NCBI GenBank assembly: GCA_051362555.1
Contig: CM120642.1
Location: forward strand, 23,436,001 to 23,500,000
Source of the DNA: Lingula anatina
Lineage: Eukaryota; Animalia; Brachiopoda
DNA length: 64,000 nucleotides
Direction of reading: 5' to 3'
This document shows, piece after piece, positions 11,701-39,900 of this stretch. Numbering within the stretch: the stretch's first letter is position 1; each line of letters starts with the position of its first letter. The notes beneath the pieces were generated by a model. That model saw only the letters and a list, made by a program, of their open reading frames with translations, had not been told where the DNA came from and searched no databases. Both the position numbers and the translations under genes were made by a program.

Positions 11701-14700
11701 TAAGTAACCTGTGATGTATCTGCGCCAATCGTAAATGTAGTGAACATGGAATAGTGGATATTTTGATTAAAAAAATCAATTTGTTTGTAGCAAATTCAGT
11801 GACAGGTACACCTATTTTAAAGTTTACGTTTTAAAACTATTTGAAACTATTTGAAAAATTGTGAAAATTTCCCCATCATCTTAAATCAGTGTAAGAACCA
11901 CAATTGCTTATTTTCCTTAAATCATTAAAAACTGTGTTTTCTTCTGATTTACTTAGAATTTCACTCTTTTCTCAACTGGTGTAAATGCTCTTCTTTTATC
12001 AAATCCGTAGTTTCTGTCAGAGAGACCAAGGCTAAATCTAAACAAGCTCACCAGATGGCAGCAGCTGAAGTTGGGACTCGTAAGCACAGTGGTGCCAGAG
12101 AATGCCTCAGAGGAGAAGTCTTTAGAAAGTTACATAGAGGCCTACAACTGCAAGCCACCGCCGTTGTTCATCATCTTTATTAGTGTTCTAGAGGTATGTG
12201 CCTGATAAGTCAACTTATTTCGTAACTGCATCATTTCATATTCTGTATATTTGCAGAGGTTTTATCCTAATGGTTTTTCATATTTTTCAAATTTTTGTCA
12301 AAACAGTAAGAACATACTGTACATTAACGTTTACACGAATGCGTTATTATTTTACAACACTTAGTGAGATACATGTATGTTTTCGGACGAAATTAATCTC
12401 TCAGCTGATATTGATAGTTTCGAGAGACAAAATGACACTTTTTTTTGGTAATTTGTTCTTACTGAAATGTTTTACCTTTCAGACTATCATATTCATTGTA
12501 TATGCTGTAGAATTGAAAGGCACCAAATATGAGGTGACTGCCGCCTCGGGTTTTCCAGCGTACAGTCCACTCATCTATAATCCTGCGCGGAGATACGAGG
12601 TCTGGAGATTTGTGACGTACATGTGCATCCATGTTGGGTAAGTTTTGTACCAAGTTTTGTACCAAGTTTTGAATATAGAATAACGTTCAGCCCGAAGAAA
12701 TGCGTTTCACGCACGGCTCCTCAGACAAGCTATGGCACAGAGCTCTTTGCGATTTTTTTCACATTTAATCTTTACAAGAATTCAGTTTGATTTTCTGCCA
12801 ATGTACTGGGTATTGTTGTGATTTACGAGTCAAAAGTCAAATCAAGACAGTGAGTCTCTAAGCGACATGTAATTCACCATGTAACTGTATGTATCTGTTC
12901 CCAGGTATACGCATCTTATTAGTAATCTGGTCTTCCAACTGGTACTAGGCATTCCCATGGAGATGGTGCACGAATGGTGGAGAATGATGATTGTGTACTT
13001 TTTAGGAGTCTTCGCAGGTAAAAAGGCCATATCTGTCCATTTGTTTGTGTTTTTTCCTGTTTAATTACCTTTCTTACTGTTGACTTTTTTCTAAATATCA
13101 GTTAACCAATTTATCAGATAAACAGAAGTAAAATGAGTAAACTATTTAATGTACCTTCTGATAGGGGTCCCTGTAGTTAATTATAAAATTTATAGTTTAT
13201 TATAAAATTGCAATTTTTTTAATTTTCTAAATAACCACAGAGTCCCCCGTCGGAGGGCTTGTGTACTGCGTGTGCCTTACCGGTGACAAAGAATGGATGT
13301 TTTTTAAAGGCTCAGTTATAGGCCTACCGTTCGTGCTGAAAAGCTCAGGGCGGGGTATTGCAGGCTGGCTGCTCCATATGTCAGTATATACAGTGAATGT
13401 TACCTTGATAATTTTACGTCTCCTAGGCTCCCTGGCGCATTCTGTGACGGATCCATCCAGTTTCTTGGCGGGTGCAAGTGGTGGAGTGTATGCTTTGATA
13501 GGGGCACAAGTCGGTGCTATTATAATGGTTTGTAAAGTTAAAATTCTTAGTATCAAAATACATGGCATGTGATAACCAATATTAAACTAAATAGGAATAA
13601 ATGGTAGTATTAGTGGGTTTAAAATCCACTGATGAGACTTTTCCGACTTTTGTCGGAATTCCGACTTTTTCAGGGTCATTTGGGTCATTCTTGTGAATCG
13701 TGTACCCTGGACCCCCGCCAATTCCCCTACCTTTTCAGTAAGGACTGGTCTCATCCCTGAAAATCAAAACTGAAATACAAAAAATCATCGAAGCGCGGAA
13801 GATTTTCTGTTAGTAATATATGTTTCATATGTTAAAATGTGTTGTTTTTTAATTTGAATATTCTGCAATGGGTGTTGATGGATTTTTTTCCAAAATACCT
13901 TGAATTGATCTGATCATTGAGAGCGTCGTTTGATTCTTCAGAACTGGGAAGAAATGCAGCATCGCTGGATGGAGGGAGCTGGATTTGGCGCCGTGCTTAG
14001 GGCGATGTTAAGTGCAGTTACACGTCTAATTGTGATCGGCGTGTTTGGTAGGCGAACGCACAAAGGCATAACTTTTAAACGCACACGCACGGCTGTACCA
14101 GAAATTATCATCTTAGCGCTTATATGTTACATGGTTGATTATTTGCCAAATATAAAACAAAAAAGAAAAAATGAACACAAAGGCAATATATATTTCATAT
14201 AAGCTTTAGCTTTATTTTTTTTTTACTTATTCATAAACGTTTCATTGCCTATCCCAACAAAAATACCTAAGAGTGGAGTGAAAATATTTTGAACTGAGTA
14301 AAATGTACCCTTTATTCTAGTGATAGCAGATGTTGGAATTGCTCTGTGGAAACGCTATGGCGCCGGAGAAAGTAGCCGAGTTTCCTACGCTGCACACATT
14401 GGAGGGGCGGTAGCAGGTACAAAATATAAGAGGTCTCATTGGGTTTTGCTTTGCTGTAATGAAACCAAAAACTGCAAAAATAAATGACTGAAGAAAACCA
14501 CTGACCAATCCAGGACTTCATTAAAGGGGTGGGGGTAAAGGGGTTGAATATCCCCCTATTCTTGATGACACCGCATTAGTGCGGACGCTGAAGGGGTGGA
14601 TGCCCTGTCTGCGTCCCTGTCTAGACTCGCCTGCAACACTTGAATATTAGATGATCTGTAAATAAATAATTTGATACCTACAGCTTTTAATTTATTTACC

Positions 14701-15053
14701 AGTAACAATTTTAAAAATTAGTTTCAAGACAAATCATGTTGATAATGATAAAATTAAAAAGAAATTGGAAAGGCCGCATTTATTAGGATTTTGAGCGTAA
14801 AAGAGGTATAGTAAGTGCTGGTATTACACGTACGTTGTACGTATTAAGTAATATTACGTTCTCTTTATAAATTTCAGGGGTTTTGATGGGCACGGTGGCA
14901 CTGAAAAACTTGGATAAAAAGCCCTGGGAACTGAAAGTATGGTGGATCTCTCTGGTTATCTACTTACTTCTTGTGTCGTTTGCCTTATTTTGGAATTCCC
15001 TCTACCCAGGATTCCCGGGCACCGACTGGACGCCATGTTGCCTGGCAACCTAG
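8758..15053 (+). CDS. Rhomboid intramembrane serine protease with N-terminal EF-hand (RHBDL1/2/3-like)
   Basis: Exons 8758-8844, 11159-11182, 11502-11672, 12011-12193, 12483-12637, 12905-13017, 13427-13527, 13942-14047, 14321-14416, 14878-15053(TAG), all in phase. EF loop DANKDGMYTYPE, YNCKPPPLFI, EVWRFVTYM, catalytic GASGG and AHIGG. The first two exons are less certain. Confidence 0.9.
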
Positions 15054-15540
15054 CAGAGAACACTATTCTGTCTAGCATCCGGTGAACATTATTTTGACAT
15101 AAGACTGACTGGAAGCCATAGCGCAATGTATCTTGGGAAATTAACTCGTTTTTTCACTTTCTATGCACATTTTGTACTTTTTTAATGAGATAAAAACAGT
15201 CTCCTTCTTATTCGCCTTTAATAAATCTTTTCGTTCGGCTATAATAAATCATCAATATTTAAAAAAAGTATCTGTGATTGATAGCCATCATATGTCCTGA
15301 TAATTTTATTCTAAAACTTCACCTAATGAAAAACATTGAATTTCGAGGCTTATACCTGTAAAAGCGAGGGAAAAGGTAAATATTATAATAGGGGCCTACT
15401 CCGGAAAGAGCGCTCGAATATAAAGTTTTGACGTTATAAGGAAATAATGTGGTCTAAACTTTGGGCAATTGGAAAAAAGAATCAAAAGAGCAAACAATTT
15501 GTTTCATGGGGCAAATCATGCCGAACATTCGTTGGTGAGC

Positions 15541-15593
15541 GTGTGTGTGTTTGTGTATGTGCGTGCTTGTGTGTGTGTGTGTGTGTGTGTGTG
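15541..15593. repeat. (TG)n microsatellite, imperfect
   Basis: Visible GT run. Confidence 0.85.
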
Positions 15594-16633
15594 TTCATGC
15601 GTACGGGGCTTGAGAAATACTGCCCGTGAGAGACTGAGCAAGGCCTACAATACATGGAAAGTTCTTGGTACCGCCCGTGAAACTCAGCTTTAAGCCAAAG
15701 GGAGAGTAAGAGATCCCCCGCAGCCTACGGTATATATATTGGGGTAGTTATGTAATGCGGCCGACTCTGTAGATACATGTAGATAATTGTCTGTTTTGAC
15801 TGCCCTTTTTCAAAATCTACAGCCAAAAACATTTTTTAAAATGTGTTGTAATGGGTATTTTGGATTGATAAATCAAATGAGGGCACAAGCTCCTGATTTC
15901 TTGTATCACAAAACTATAGGGCCTACCAGCCCTGAACTCCACGCCAAAGGGGTGGGATTGGCTTCGCATCCTCGGATCCCCCTTCAAATAATCCTAGACC
16001 CGCCCCTGAAATGCATGCAATTTTAAATTGGTAGCAATTCTAAATTGGCTACGTTCAAGAATATGCTTAAAAGAATAAAAATGCAATGCATCGGAATGTA
16101 GGGGCCCAACTAAAACATAATGCAACGAAGCAGACTGACTTAACATGATATGCGGCGTGTCTTATCTGGGCATTAGTTGTAGTATCGGTGATGTGTTGGA
16201 AAGTGCAAATTTAGAAATTTTGCCGCAGTACGCAAGAATCTTTTTTCGTAAGTCAATACCTTGATCGTGATAGCTAAATTTGCAACGAAAAATATACTCT
16301 AGTTAAAGAGTTTGATTTATTTGAAGGACCACACGAACTTTTATTAATGATTGTAAATGTTCTAGCTACAGAGTTCTGACCCTTCCACTCTCCTCTGTCG
16401 CTGCACTACATGTAGTATGATGTACACGTGCTAGGCGTCACTCTGAGCTCTGAGAACAGTGAAACAAGTAGACGACTACAGTGAGATAGACTTTTGCGTA
16501 TTGATCGGAAAACGTTAATAGACATGAGTCTATATTATTTCAATTAAAATGTTAATTGATATCATACCCTACATTAAATGGTATTACTGTATGTATATTA
16601 TTATAATTATTGCAAATTTACAGAGTGTTTCTG

Positions 16634-31042
<14,409 letters not shown>

Positions 31043-32187
31043 AATTATGAGTCTGGAAAAAAAAAACAATCGTTTTTTAAAGGAAAAAGGCTGTGAATTC
31101 TTATAGGTTAAGGTTTTTCAACTTTTTATTTAAAAAAAAAAAAAAGAAAATGAAGAAACTCCAAAAATTGGAGAAAAAAAAAAAGAAGAAAACACTGACT
31201 TAAAGACTACGTTACTCTGACTTTTTAAGATTCTTTTTACCACTGAATATGTTTATTTATTTTTATAAGATATTTTAGAAATGTGTTTGTTGTGTTTTGT
31301 TTGTTGAAACATAATTTGTACAGCAGCATGATCATGTGACTATATACATGTAATATAAAAGCTATATATTTCATGTACATCATTCATTACACGCAGGTAA
31401 GATCTTTCTTATAGATTGTAATTGTGACTGTTGAAGATGAAGAAGAATAAGATGCCACTTGATTTTACTTTTATGAGAAAAGTTAATTTAGTTTTCCTCT
31501 TGTGAGATGGAATATCAATGTGTATAGTTACATCCTTTGTACTTAATTCAAAAAGTTTCTTTAAAAAATCAAATTCCAACCACACTGTACTCCTACATGT
31601 AATAAGATTTCAAAGGTAGGTATACCAGGTAGGTATAACAGTATACAAATTATGTTAAAAATGTTTGTTAAAGAAATAAATAATAAAATGTGCATTGCAT
31701 TTCTGATTGGGTCCTAAATATGGGAGGCTATGCTTTAATGCCTTATATATTAGGTATGTTACATGAAGAAAGTTGTAGAAAATGTATCAGTTCAGAGTGA
31801 AAGGTACTTTTCCAATGAAACCTAATTGAATCGCTCCGGAAAATGTTAATAAGAACGAAAAAAAATGAAGGTGTGATGTGACTTAATTGGTTAAAACTGG
31901 TTAAAAATGAATCTCGCCTCTAATGGCTATGTGGCAATATACCTCATTATAGACCTACCGAGATAAGTAAATTGTACCATGTGATGAACCTGATCCAGTG
32001 TGAGGGACTGTATCAAATACACAAGATCAAGATCTACTAATTTCAGCAAAATTTTTGCACTAAATATCTTTTGTCTTGGATAATAATTTACATGTACCAT
32101 AAATGCCAGGTTCATGCATCACAAACATGCTAAACAGGTTAAAGTTTTATTTAAAATCACTGTCCTCAATGGATGTGGTACACTAGT

Positions 32188-32190
<3 letters not shown>

Positions 32191-32250
<60 letters not shown>

Positions 32251-32251
32251 A
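32191..32251. repeat. (CT)n(CA)n compound microsatellite
   Basis: Direct. Confidence 0.9.
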
Positions 32252-32463
32252 GTCTTCTAGTTCATACTCACAGTCCTTTCATGACACACACTTTTAAATA
32301 GTTTGAAATGTGGACTTTACATTGTAGGGGCCATGGTAAAAAAGGATGTCTGCATATATCGACTGTTTACGCAGAGACAACAGTGAAATTCCAAACCCAT
32401 AGTGTAATAATGCATTATTTTAAATAATTGTTCCTCTGGCAATGACCAAAATCTTGACTTAAA

Positions 32464-33561
32464 TCACGTTATTCAAACATAATAACGTTTTTATAACATT
32501 TCAAAGAAACATTTTAATAACATTTTTGAAAATTATTGATTGCTGGGATTGTAATCAGCAATGTTATTAAAATGTTTTCGTAAATGCTATAAAAATGTTT
32601 TCATAATGTTTGAATAACGTGACTTTGTATGATTTAAAAAAATGTTAATAACACTGAAAGTCATATTTTACAAGAAATACATTGTAAACCACTATGAGTT
32701 TGTTTAAATTTAAATGTATTTATTGTGAAATATGACTCAAACAAAAAGTTATTGTACCCTTAATTCTCTTTATTCAAATTATATCTCCTTGCTGAGTACT
32801 TTTGAGCTATAAATCATCTGTAATTTATTTATTTATTTATTTATTTATTATTATATGACTAATTCTCATAATAAGTATTGTAAAGGGAATGCTTGATTTA
32901 TCCAGTCAATTTTCGTAGTTTAGACATTTCACCACACTGCAGGTTATGGAAGCGTAAAGAAATTAAACAATAAATGAAAATAATGATAAGTAAATGAAAA
33001 TGATACTATTGGAACACTGATGGCTTATGTTTTTTTTTTTATATTTTTTATGCTTAAAAACCCACTTTAGTGACACTAATGCTGTTACATTGTTAATCAT
33101 AAACTGCATTTTTTTTCAGGGCTTATTACCTTTTCCCAGAACATTTTCAATTTATTTCATTTTTTTATTTCAGAGAGATGTGCAAATAATTTTTTCTTTG
33201 TGTTATTGAACATGACATATTAATTAAAACTGGATGGATACAGAATAAATACAAGAAACTCCTTTTTTTACAAAATCTTTGATTATTTTCTTTCTTTTTG
33301 ACTAAACCTCTTAATGTCTTTTAATTGCACATTTTTATCAAAATATAACCAAAAATGTGAATTAAATGTTTCAACAACATTATAAAAATGTTATGCATAA
33401 AACATTTTAGCGACAATGCTTTGAAAATGTTATCCAAATGCTATGTATAACATTTCAACATAACGTTTTAAAAACAAAAATGTTTTAATAAAGCTATTTT
33501 TTAAAAAGTTAATACGGTGACAACTTTTTAAAATGTTCTTTAAAATGTTGTGTTTGCTGGG
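32464..33561. mobile_element. AT-rich MITE remnant with aacatt/aatgtt subterminal repeats
   Basis: Inverted repeat tcacgttattcaaacat.../...atgtttgaataacgtga (32464-32622) and a terminus-like tgtgtttgctggg at 33549-33561; no matching left end found. Confidence 0.45.
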
Positions 33562-35166
33562 TAAGTTTTATTGTATATTTTATTGTATATTTGCGTCACC
33601 TATATTTACAAATTAAATGACCAGTTTGAATGCAATCTTTCTGTTATTATATGTTTGGGTGTGGCACGCATGCAAGAACAGAGCTTCTCTTGGCGTGACC
33701 TTTGACCTACAGGTAGATACAGCATCAACCGCAGCCACTGCTGGTGCGTGTTCAACTTCAAGTGTAACAAGCAACTAGTGCCGCTACATGAAAGTAAGTG
33801 ACCATTAATCTTCATTTAAGAGAAGCTGATTAATTCTAGCCATCACAAACATTAATTGCTATTTTAAAATTAAAATTTTGGCTTTGCGGTGGGTGTACTA
33901 GTAGCCTTAGCGCACTTTGAGCCACGAAGTTGTATCTCATCCACCTGTTAGTAGCACGCTCGCCTGTCGCCTCACTTACACGTACTTACTTATGGTTAGT
34001 TATGGTGATTTTTCTTACACAGGCCCCGACAGGTCCTCGTTAGACTCTAAACTTTGTGATATAATTTTTTGTGACTCCCAACGTCTCAAACCCTGCTTTA
34101 TGTTTATAATGATGATACTGTATGTATATAGAGCACCTCTTGCACACTGCAATACTAATCAAGTCTATTTTTGAAAGAATTTATTGACTCAGCATTCCCC
34201 ACTAGGTCTGGTAGGGTATTCTAAATGCTGGCGACTCTCATGCATGGTGAAACTGTATTTTCTTATATTAAGTGTAGGTCTCTGCACAAATAATTTCTTA
34301 GAATGCTCCCTTAATTGTTTTCTGGGACTTACATGTACATGTAGTTTAATGAAGTCAATGACTACATTGTCATATTTCCCATTCAGTAAATTTTTAAACT
34401 TTAATTATATCTCCTTTTTTCTTCTGCACTCAGATGAAGGGATCTCGAGTCTTTTAAGACTGTCTTGATCCGTTAATAGTTCTAAAAACATTCAATATGG
34501 ATTTAACATACCACAAAAGTCTGGAATGTATGACATTCATTTGTTATTTGAATTGAGTTTTAAATTTATAGACCTAGCTATATCAAGGTGACAGCTAGCT
34601 GGCTAACTTTCTAATTATGCAGGAGCTGTCTCAATGCTATAATTTAATGTTCACTGACTTAAATGTACCCCCAAGGCTCACATTTTTTTGTAATTTAAAT
34701 TAGTGCACATGCTGTATAGTGCCATACATATCATTTGGATATATTCTAAAGCTAACTCAACTAGACCAAAAGTTATGCAGCTTTTAGTGAAACCACAAAT
34801 GTTTTTATTCAGATGCCATGTACATTCAAATTTGAGACAAAATTAGCCCTACCAGATTTTTACCCCCAAAATATTGTCATTGTATAACCTGAAATTTGGC
34901 AAACAGTATGTACTACAAAGGCAAAGGAGTTGAGCATGAGGACACATTTTCAATTTTGGTTCAGCGTTTTCAAAGTAGAGACATTAACAGCTAATATTGA
35001 GCTAATCTAGGTATATCAGACATTGAATTCCCAGATCATAAAAGATTGTATTCTATATACTGGTACTGGTACATGTACATATATAAAAGGGAAAGATAAA
35101 AGGCAGCATGAAATAAAAATACTGTCATATCTTCCAAATTGGCAGGTCCAGGATTTTGCTGATTAA

Positions 35167-35857
35167 TGCCCCTATTTCACACAGACCACGAATCCCACGA
35201 ATGGCCATGAATTGACAAATTTCACGATTCGTGGTTGAATCGTAATCAGTTCGTGAAGTTCTTAACAGATTTGTATATATTCGTAGTCAGTTCTTGCACT
35301 TCTTGAATGACCAACAGGAATTAGTGGCAAAAACTTTGATGCCCCTATTTCACACAGACCATGAATCCCACGAATCGCCAGGAATTGAAAATTTCACGAT
35401 TCGTGGTTGAATCGTAATCAGTTCGTGAAGTTCTTAACAGATTCGTATATAATTGTAGTCAGTTCTTGCAATTCTTGATCAATCGGGAATTCGTGGCAAA
35501 AATTTTGAGCTGTTCAAAGTTTTGGCCACGAACTCCCAATTCCAAAAAATCGTAGTGAATTTCTGGACAATATTTGTGTGATCCCAGCCAAATCCCAAGA
35601 ATATTCGTAACACTATCTCACCTGTATTGTAACTGAATCGTAGAGCGTGTCGAATTAGACCAGAAAATTGGCAAAATCTCACGATTCCAGCCGAATCCCA
35701 CGAATATTCGTAACACTATCGTACCTGTATCGTAACTGAATCGTGAGCGTGTAGAATTAGATCAGAAAATTGGCAAATCTCACGAATCCTCACGAATCCT
35801 GAAATTTGTCAATTCCTGGCGATTCGTGGGATTCGTGGTCTGTGTGAAATAGGGGCC
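35167..35857. mobile_element. PIF/Harbinger-type MITE
   Basis: TIR gcccctatttcacacagaccacgaatcccacgaat / attcgtgggattcgtggtctgtgtgaaataggggc, TAA on both flanks, left ~173 bp duplicated at 35340. Confidence 0.85.
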
Positions 35858-36395
35858 TAAGGGGGAGAGGTTGAAAGATTATTTTTGTCAGATATAAGCC
35901 AACAGGCAAAGAGTTTCACTGCAATGATGATGGCTATAGGGCACAGGGATGAAAAAAAAATTTGCATTTTTTTTACTTGTTTTGCTCATACTTTTTTTAA
36001 AAGAAGGAGGAAGGGAGGGATAAAGGGTACCTAGGAAGCTAGGAAAGAGACAGCAGGCAAAGACATTGTACTATAGTAATTAAAAATTATAGCGGGGGGC
36101 ACAGAAATGAAAAAAATTATTTTTTAACTTTTTGCTCGTTATCCTTTTTTTTTTTTGAGGGGGGTCATACATAAGAAGCTAAGCAAAAGATATATATATA
36201 CCAATGAAAGGGGCTCAGAGCTAGGGGATCCTACTGTATATAGTTTTATTTTGCCTTTTAGAAACACTTTGAATAATAGAGATCCTGTGTGCCTGGCCCC
36301 ATGTTTTTTCAAAAATGTACCCCATACTTTATGACTTTGAAACAGCATTTGGTGAAAAAAAAAATTTTCTGCATTTTAGTATTTTTATTTTCCAG

Positions 36396-36661
36396 ATGGG
36401 CACTGCCACAGAAGTGAAGGATATACCCTTTGGTATTGACATGCGAAGACAGTGCTTCTGCATAGATGAAAATCTGGTCCATACTAATAATGGCTCCTAT
36501 GGAGCAACACCCCGAAAAGTCCTGCAACACATGAGAAGGTGTGAATAGTTTTTTTCAGTGGTAATGAAGCAGCAGTCAGGATTGCGTACACTGTGTTGTT
36601 TGTTTACGACAATCATCAAGATGAAATGAATTAGTTAATGTTAATCAGTAATGTAAAGAGA

Positions 36662-36706
<45 letters not shown>

Positions 36707-36888
36707 GAGCTGGTAAAGCCTTATCAGAATTTTATTTAACCAGATGTCAACTACAGAGCAACTTTGTTTTTATGATGAATGAATTCAAACTACATGTAAG
36801 AGTGTGGTCAAATTATAGCACTGGGATTAGTAAGGGTTTTAATAAATCAGAGTTCAGGCAGAAAAATTAAAAATATATTTACAAAACA

Positions 36889-36934
<46 letters not shown>

Positions 36935-39900
36935 AGGAATGAAGTAGTTTTAGCCAAAGGGAAATAGAAGTGTGAAATAAGCTCATGCCAAAGTGGCTGA
37001 TATACATGGGAATGCTATATGTACAGATATCTGATATTTTTGTTTTATAGAATTATGAAAATATGTTATGTTAAATTATGTTTTAACTTTCAGACTTCAG
37101 GAAGACAGGGAAATGCTTCAAGATGTCTTCATGGTAAAAAACCAGCGAGAATATTGGGACGAAAATCTTAGAGCAGTCTGTGACTTTATTGGAGCAAAAT
37201 TTGAAAATACAGTGTTGATTCCAAATACCACAACAGGTAAGACTGTTCAAAAGTTCAAGGTAACACTGAACTTACAAAACATACTAAGAAATAAAACTGA
37301 ATGTTGATTAATAAATTGTAAATCAGAGTAGTTCTTGCACTAAGGAAAAAAAAGAGGAGGGCAAGCCTTTGTATATAATAAATGGGATGATTCATTTTAC
37401 ACTGGCCTTGAACACCTGACTGACTTTTTGATGTGAAAACATGTTTATAAAGCCTTTACAGAAATTTTTTACGGAGTTAATATATTCACAAAGTCCCAGA
37501 AATGTCCAGGTTAACACTTATACATAAAGTTGACTGGTGTGAGTGCTATCCAGGCTGTATAGCTTGATGCTTTGAAGAGATTCTCTGTCTTTTCCTACAG
37601 GGATCAATGCTGTCTTCAAGTCTCTACCTCTACAACCCGGGAACATGATCCTTATTACCAACCAGACATATAACGCAACCAAGAACATATGCCTAGAAGC
37701 CAGCTCCAAAGTGGAAGGTAGGAAAAAATGTTCATTTTTTTCTTTGCAGTATAATTTTAGATTTGAAAAAAAAGGAAGAAAAAAATGTATGATTTACTAA
37801 CATGTAAAAGTTATTAACTCTTGTGAACATTTTATTTCATAAGCAATTTAAATTGATTACTTTTTACAGTGACAGCTTTAATTTTTGTGACAACTATTTC
37901 CTGTTGTTAGACATAACTAACATTGTCAAGGTGATCAAACATCACTTTAATTAATAGGTTCAGGTGTATGTCACATAGACATCACATTCCCCATTCAGTC
38001 AACAGAAGAAGTAGTATCACTGTACAGAGACTACCTAGACCAACATAACAATGTGAAAGTTGCAGTCATAGGTAAGTGCATGTGTACAGCACTTCAAAAA
38101 AGTACTAGTATCATTTGAAAATATTAACATGTCCAACAGAACTGTTTTCTCTGCCTTTGAATACTGGTAGCTGCTGATTTTATTTAACCCTTGACTAAAA
38201 TTGTACTTGGTGCAGTGTAATGTGCAGATATTTATAAATGCAGAGTTTGCATATATGTGTTTGTATATACATGTATGATTCAATGAATAAAGGAATAGAC
38301 CAGAGAGCAAACAAAAAGATATGAATTTACTAGTAAATGGGATATGTAACATGTAATATTTATGATTTGTGACATATCATGGTAAACAATACTGAATAAT
38401 CCTGGTGCATATAGTGTTTGATTTTAGACCTGATCAGTAGTGCCAGTGCTCTCCGGATGCCCCTTAATCAGCTGATCCAGGTGTGCAAGGAGAGAGATGT
38501 CATTGTGGTGGTGGACGCAGCACACTCTGTGGGGCAGGTCCCCCTTAATGTTGAACAACTAGGAGAACTGGGAGCAGATTTCTTCACAGGTGATGGCAAG
38601 GATTTATTCGTAGGTGTAGGAGCTGGTGTGTGTGTGTGTGTGATTAGTGTTTGTTTGGGGGGGGGGGGGTCCCTCTAGGCCCCTTACCTCCCACTTTTTC
38701 AACCATATTAGTCATGTGCAGGGAGAGCTAAAGGGACCACCCCCAACCCATACTACTACTACTATCACCTTTCATGCATCAACAAAGGTCCTCCACTGCT
38801 CTCTGTCTCTAGCCAGGTGATGGATTGTCCCCCAACTTTTCCAGTTGTTTTAACTCTTTTTCGACAGTCCTTCTCCGTGTGGTCTTAGGTCGCCCCTTCT
38901 CTGTGTCCCTCTGGTGTCCAGTACATGGCTACATTTGTGGTGGAATTTGGGTCTTTTCTCAGCAAATGGCCAATCCATTTCCATCTTCTTGTCCTGATGA
39001 CTTCACTTGCCTTTCTCTGTTTGCTTTGTTTTAACAGACCTTCATTTGATATAGTCCTTGGCCAGATCCCCAACCATGTGACACTTTTTTTAATGGTTTA
39101 CCCCCCACCCCCACGCCTTGCCACAAGCACTTAAAATTTGCTTCCCATGGACCATGATTTAATTACAGCCATTCAGCAACTGTTTTTGATATTGGACACA
39201 GAAAAAAAGTTGAAGAGAATATCAGACTTACGTGATGAGTAAAAATGTAGCAATATATGTTTGAAAGTTCTAGCATTAGATATTCATAACAGGTGCGTGA
39301 GTACACCTGTCCATTTATGACGGTTTACCATACATAGTACATCACTGATCCACTTGTTGCAATGATAAACTGTAAAGCTCCATGCTTGGATTTTTCAGCT
39401 TCCCTTCATAAGTGGCTGTATACTCCCAAAGGTTGTGGAGTCCTGTGGATTCATCCCAAACACCATGGAATTGTGCGACCAGCCATAGTGTCCCATGGAT
39501 ATAAACAAGGACTCCACAATAACTTCTTCTTTCAAGGGACTCATGAATGCATCCCCCTGTTCTGTATTGGGAAAGCTATAGAATTTTACAAAGACATAGG
39601 GGGCTTGGTGAGAGTTTTCCTGATATGATTTGTATGATCATTTTTCAAACATTCATCAGTTGGTGAAATTTGAAAAATAGTAGTAGTAGTAATTAAGACA
39701 TACATGTAGGTTGAGATTTTCAGGATTTTCAATTTTAAAAAACCCTTCTTGGAAGAGAAATCAATGTTGACAGTGAACTCCCTTCCTCAATTTATTGCTG
39801 ATTTATTTCCCTCCAAAATTCCCCTGGTACATTTTTGACAAGTTTTGAATAGTGGACTTGGAATCACCCATGTTTTGAGATGAACAGAATTTTTATTAGT

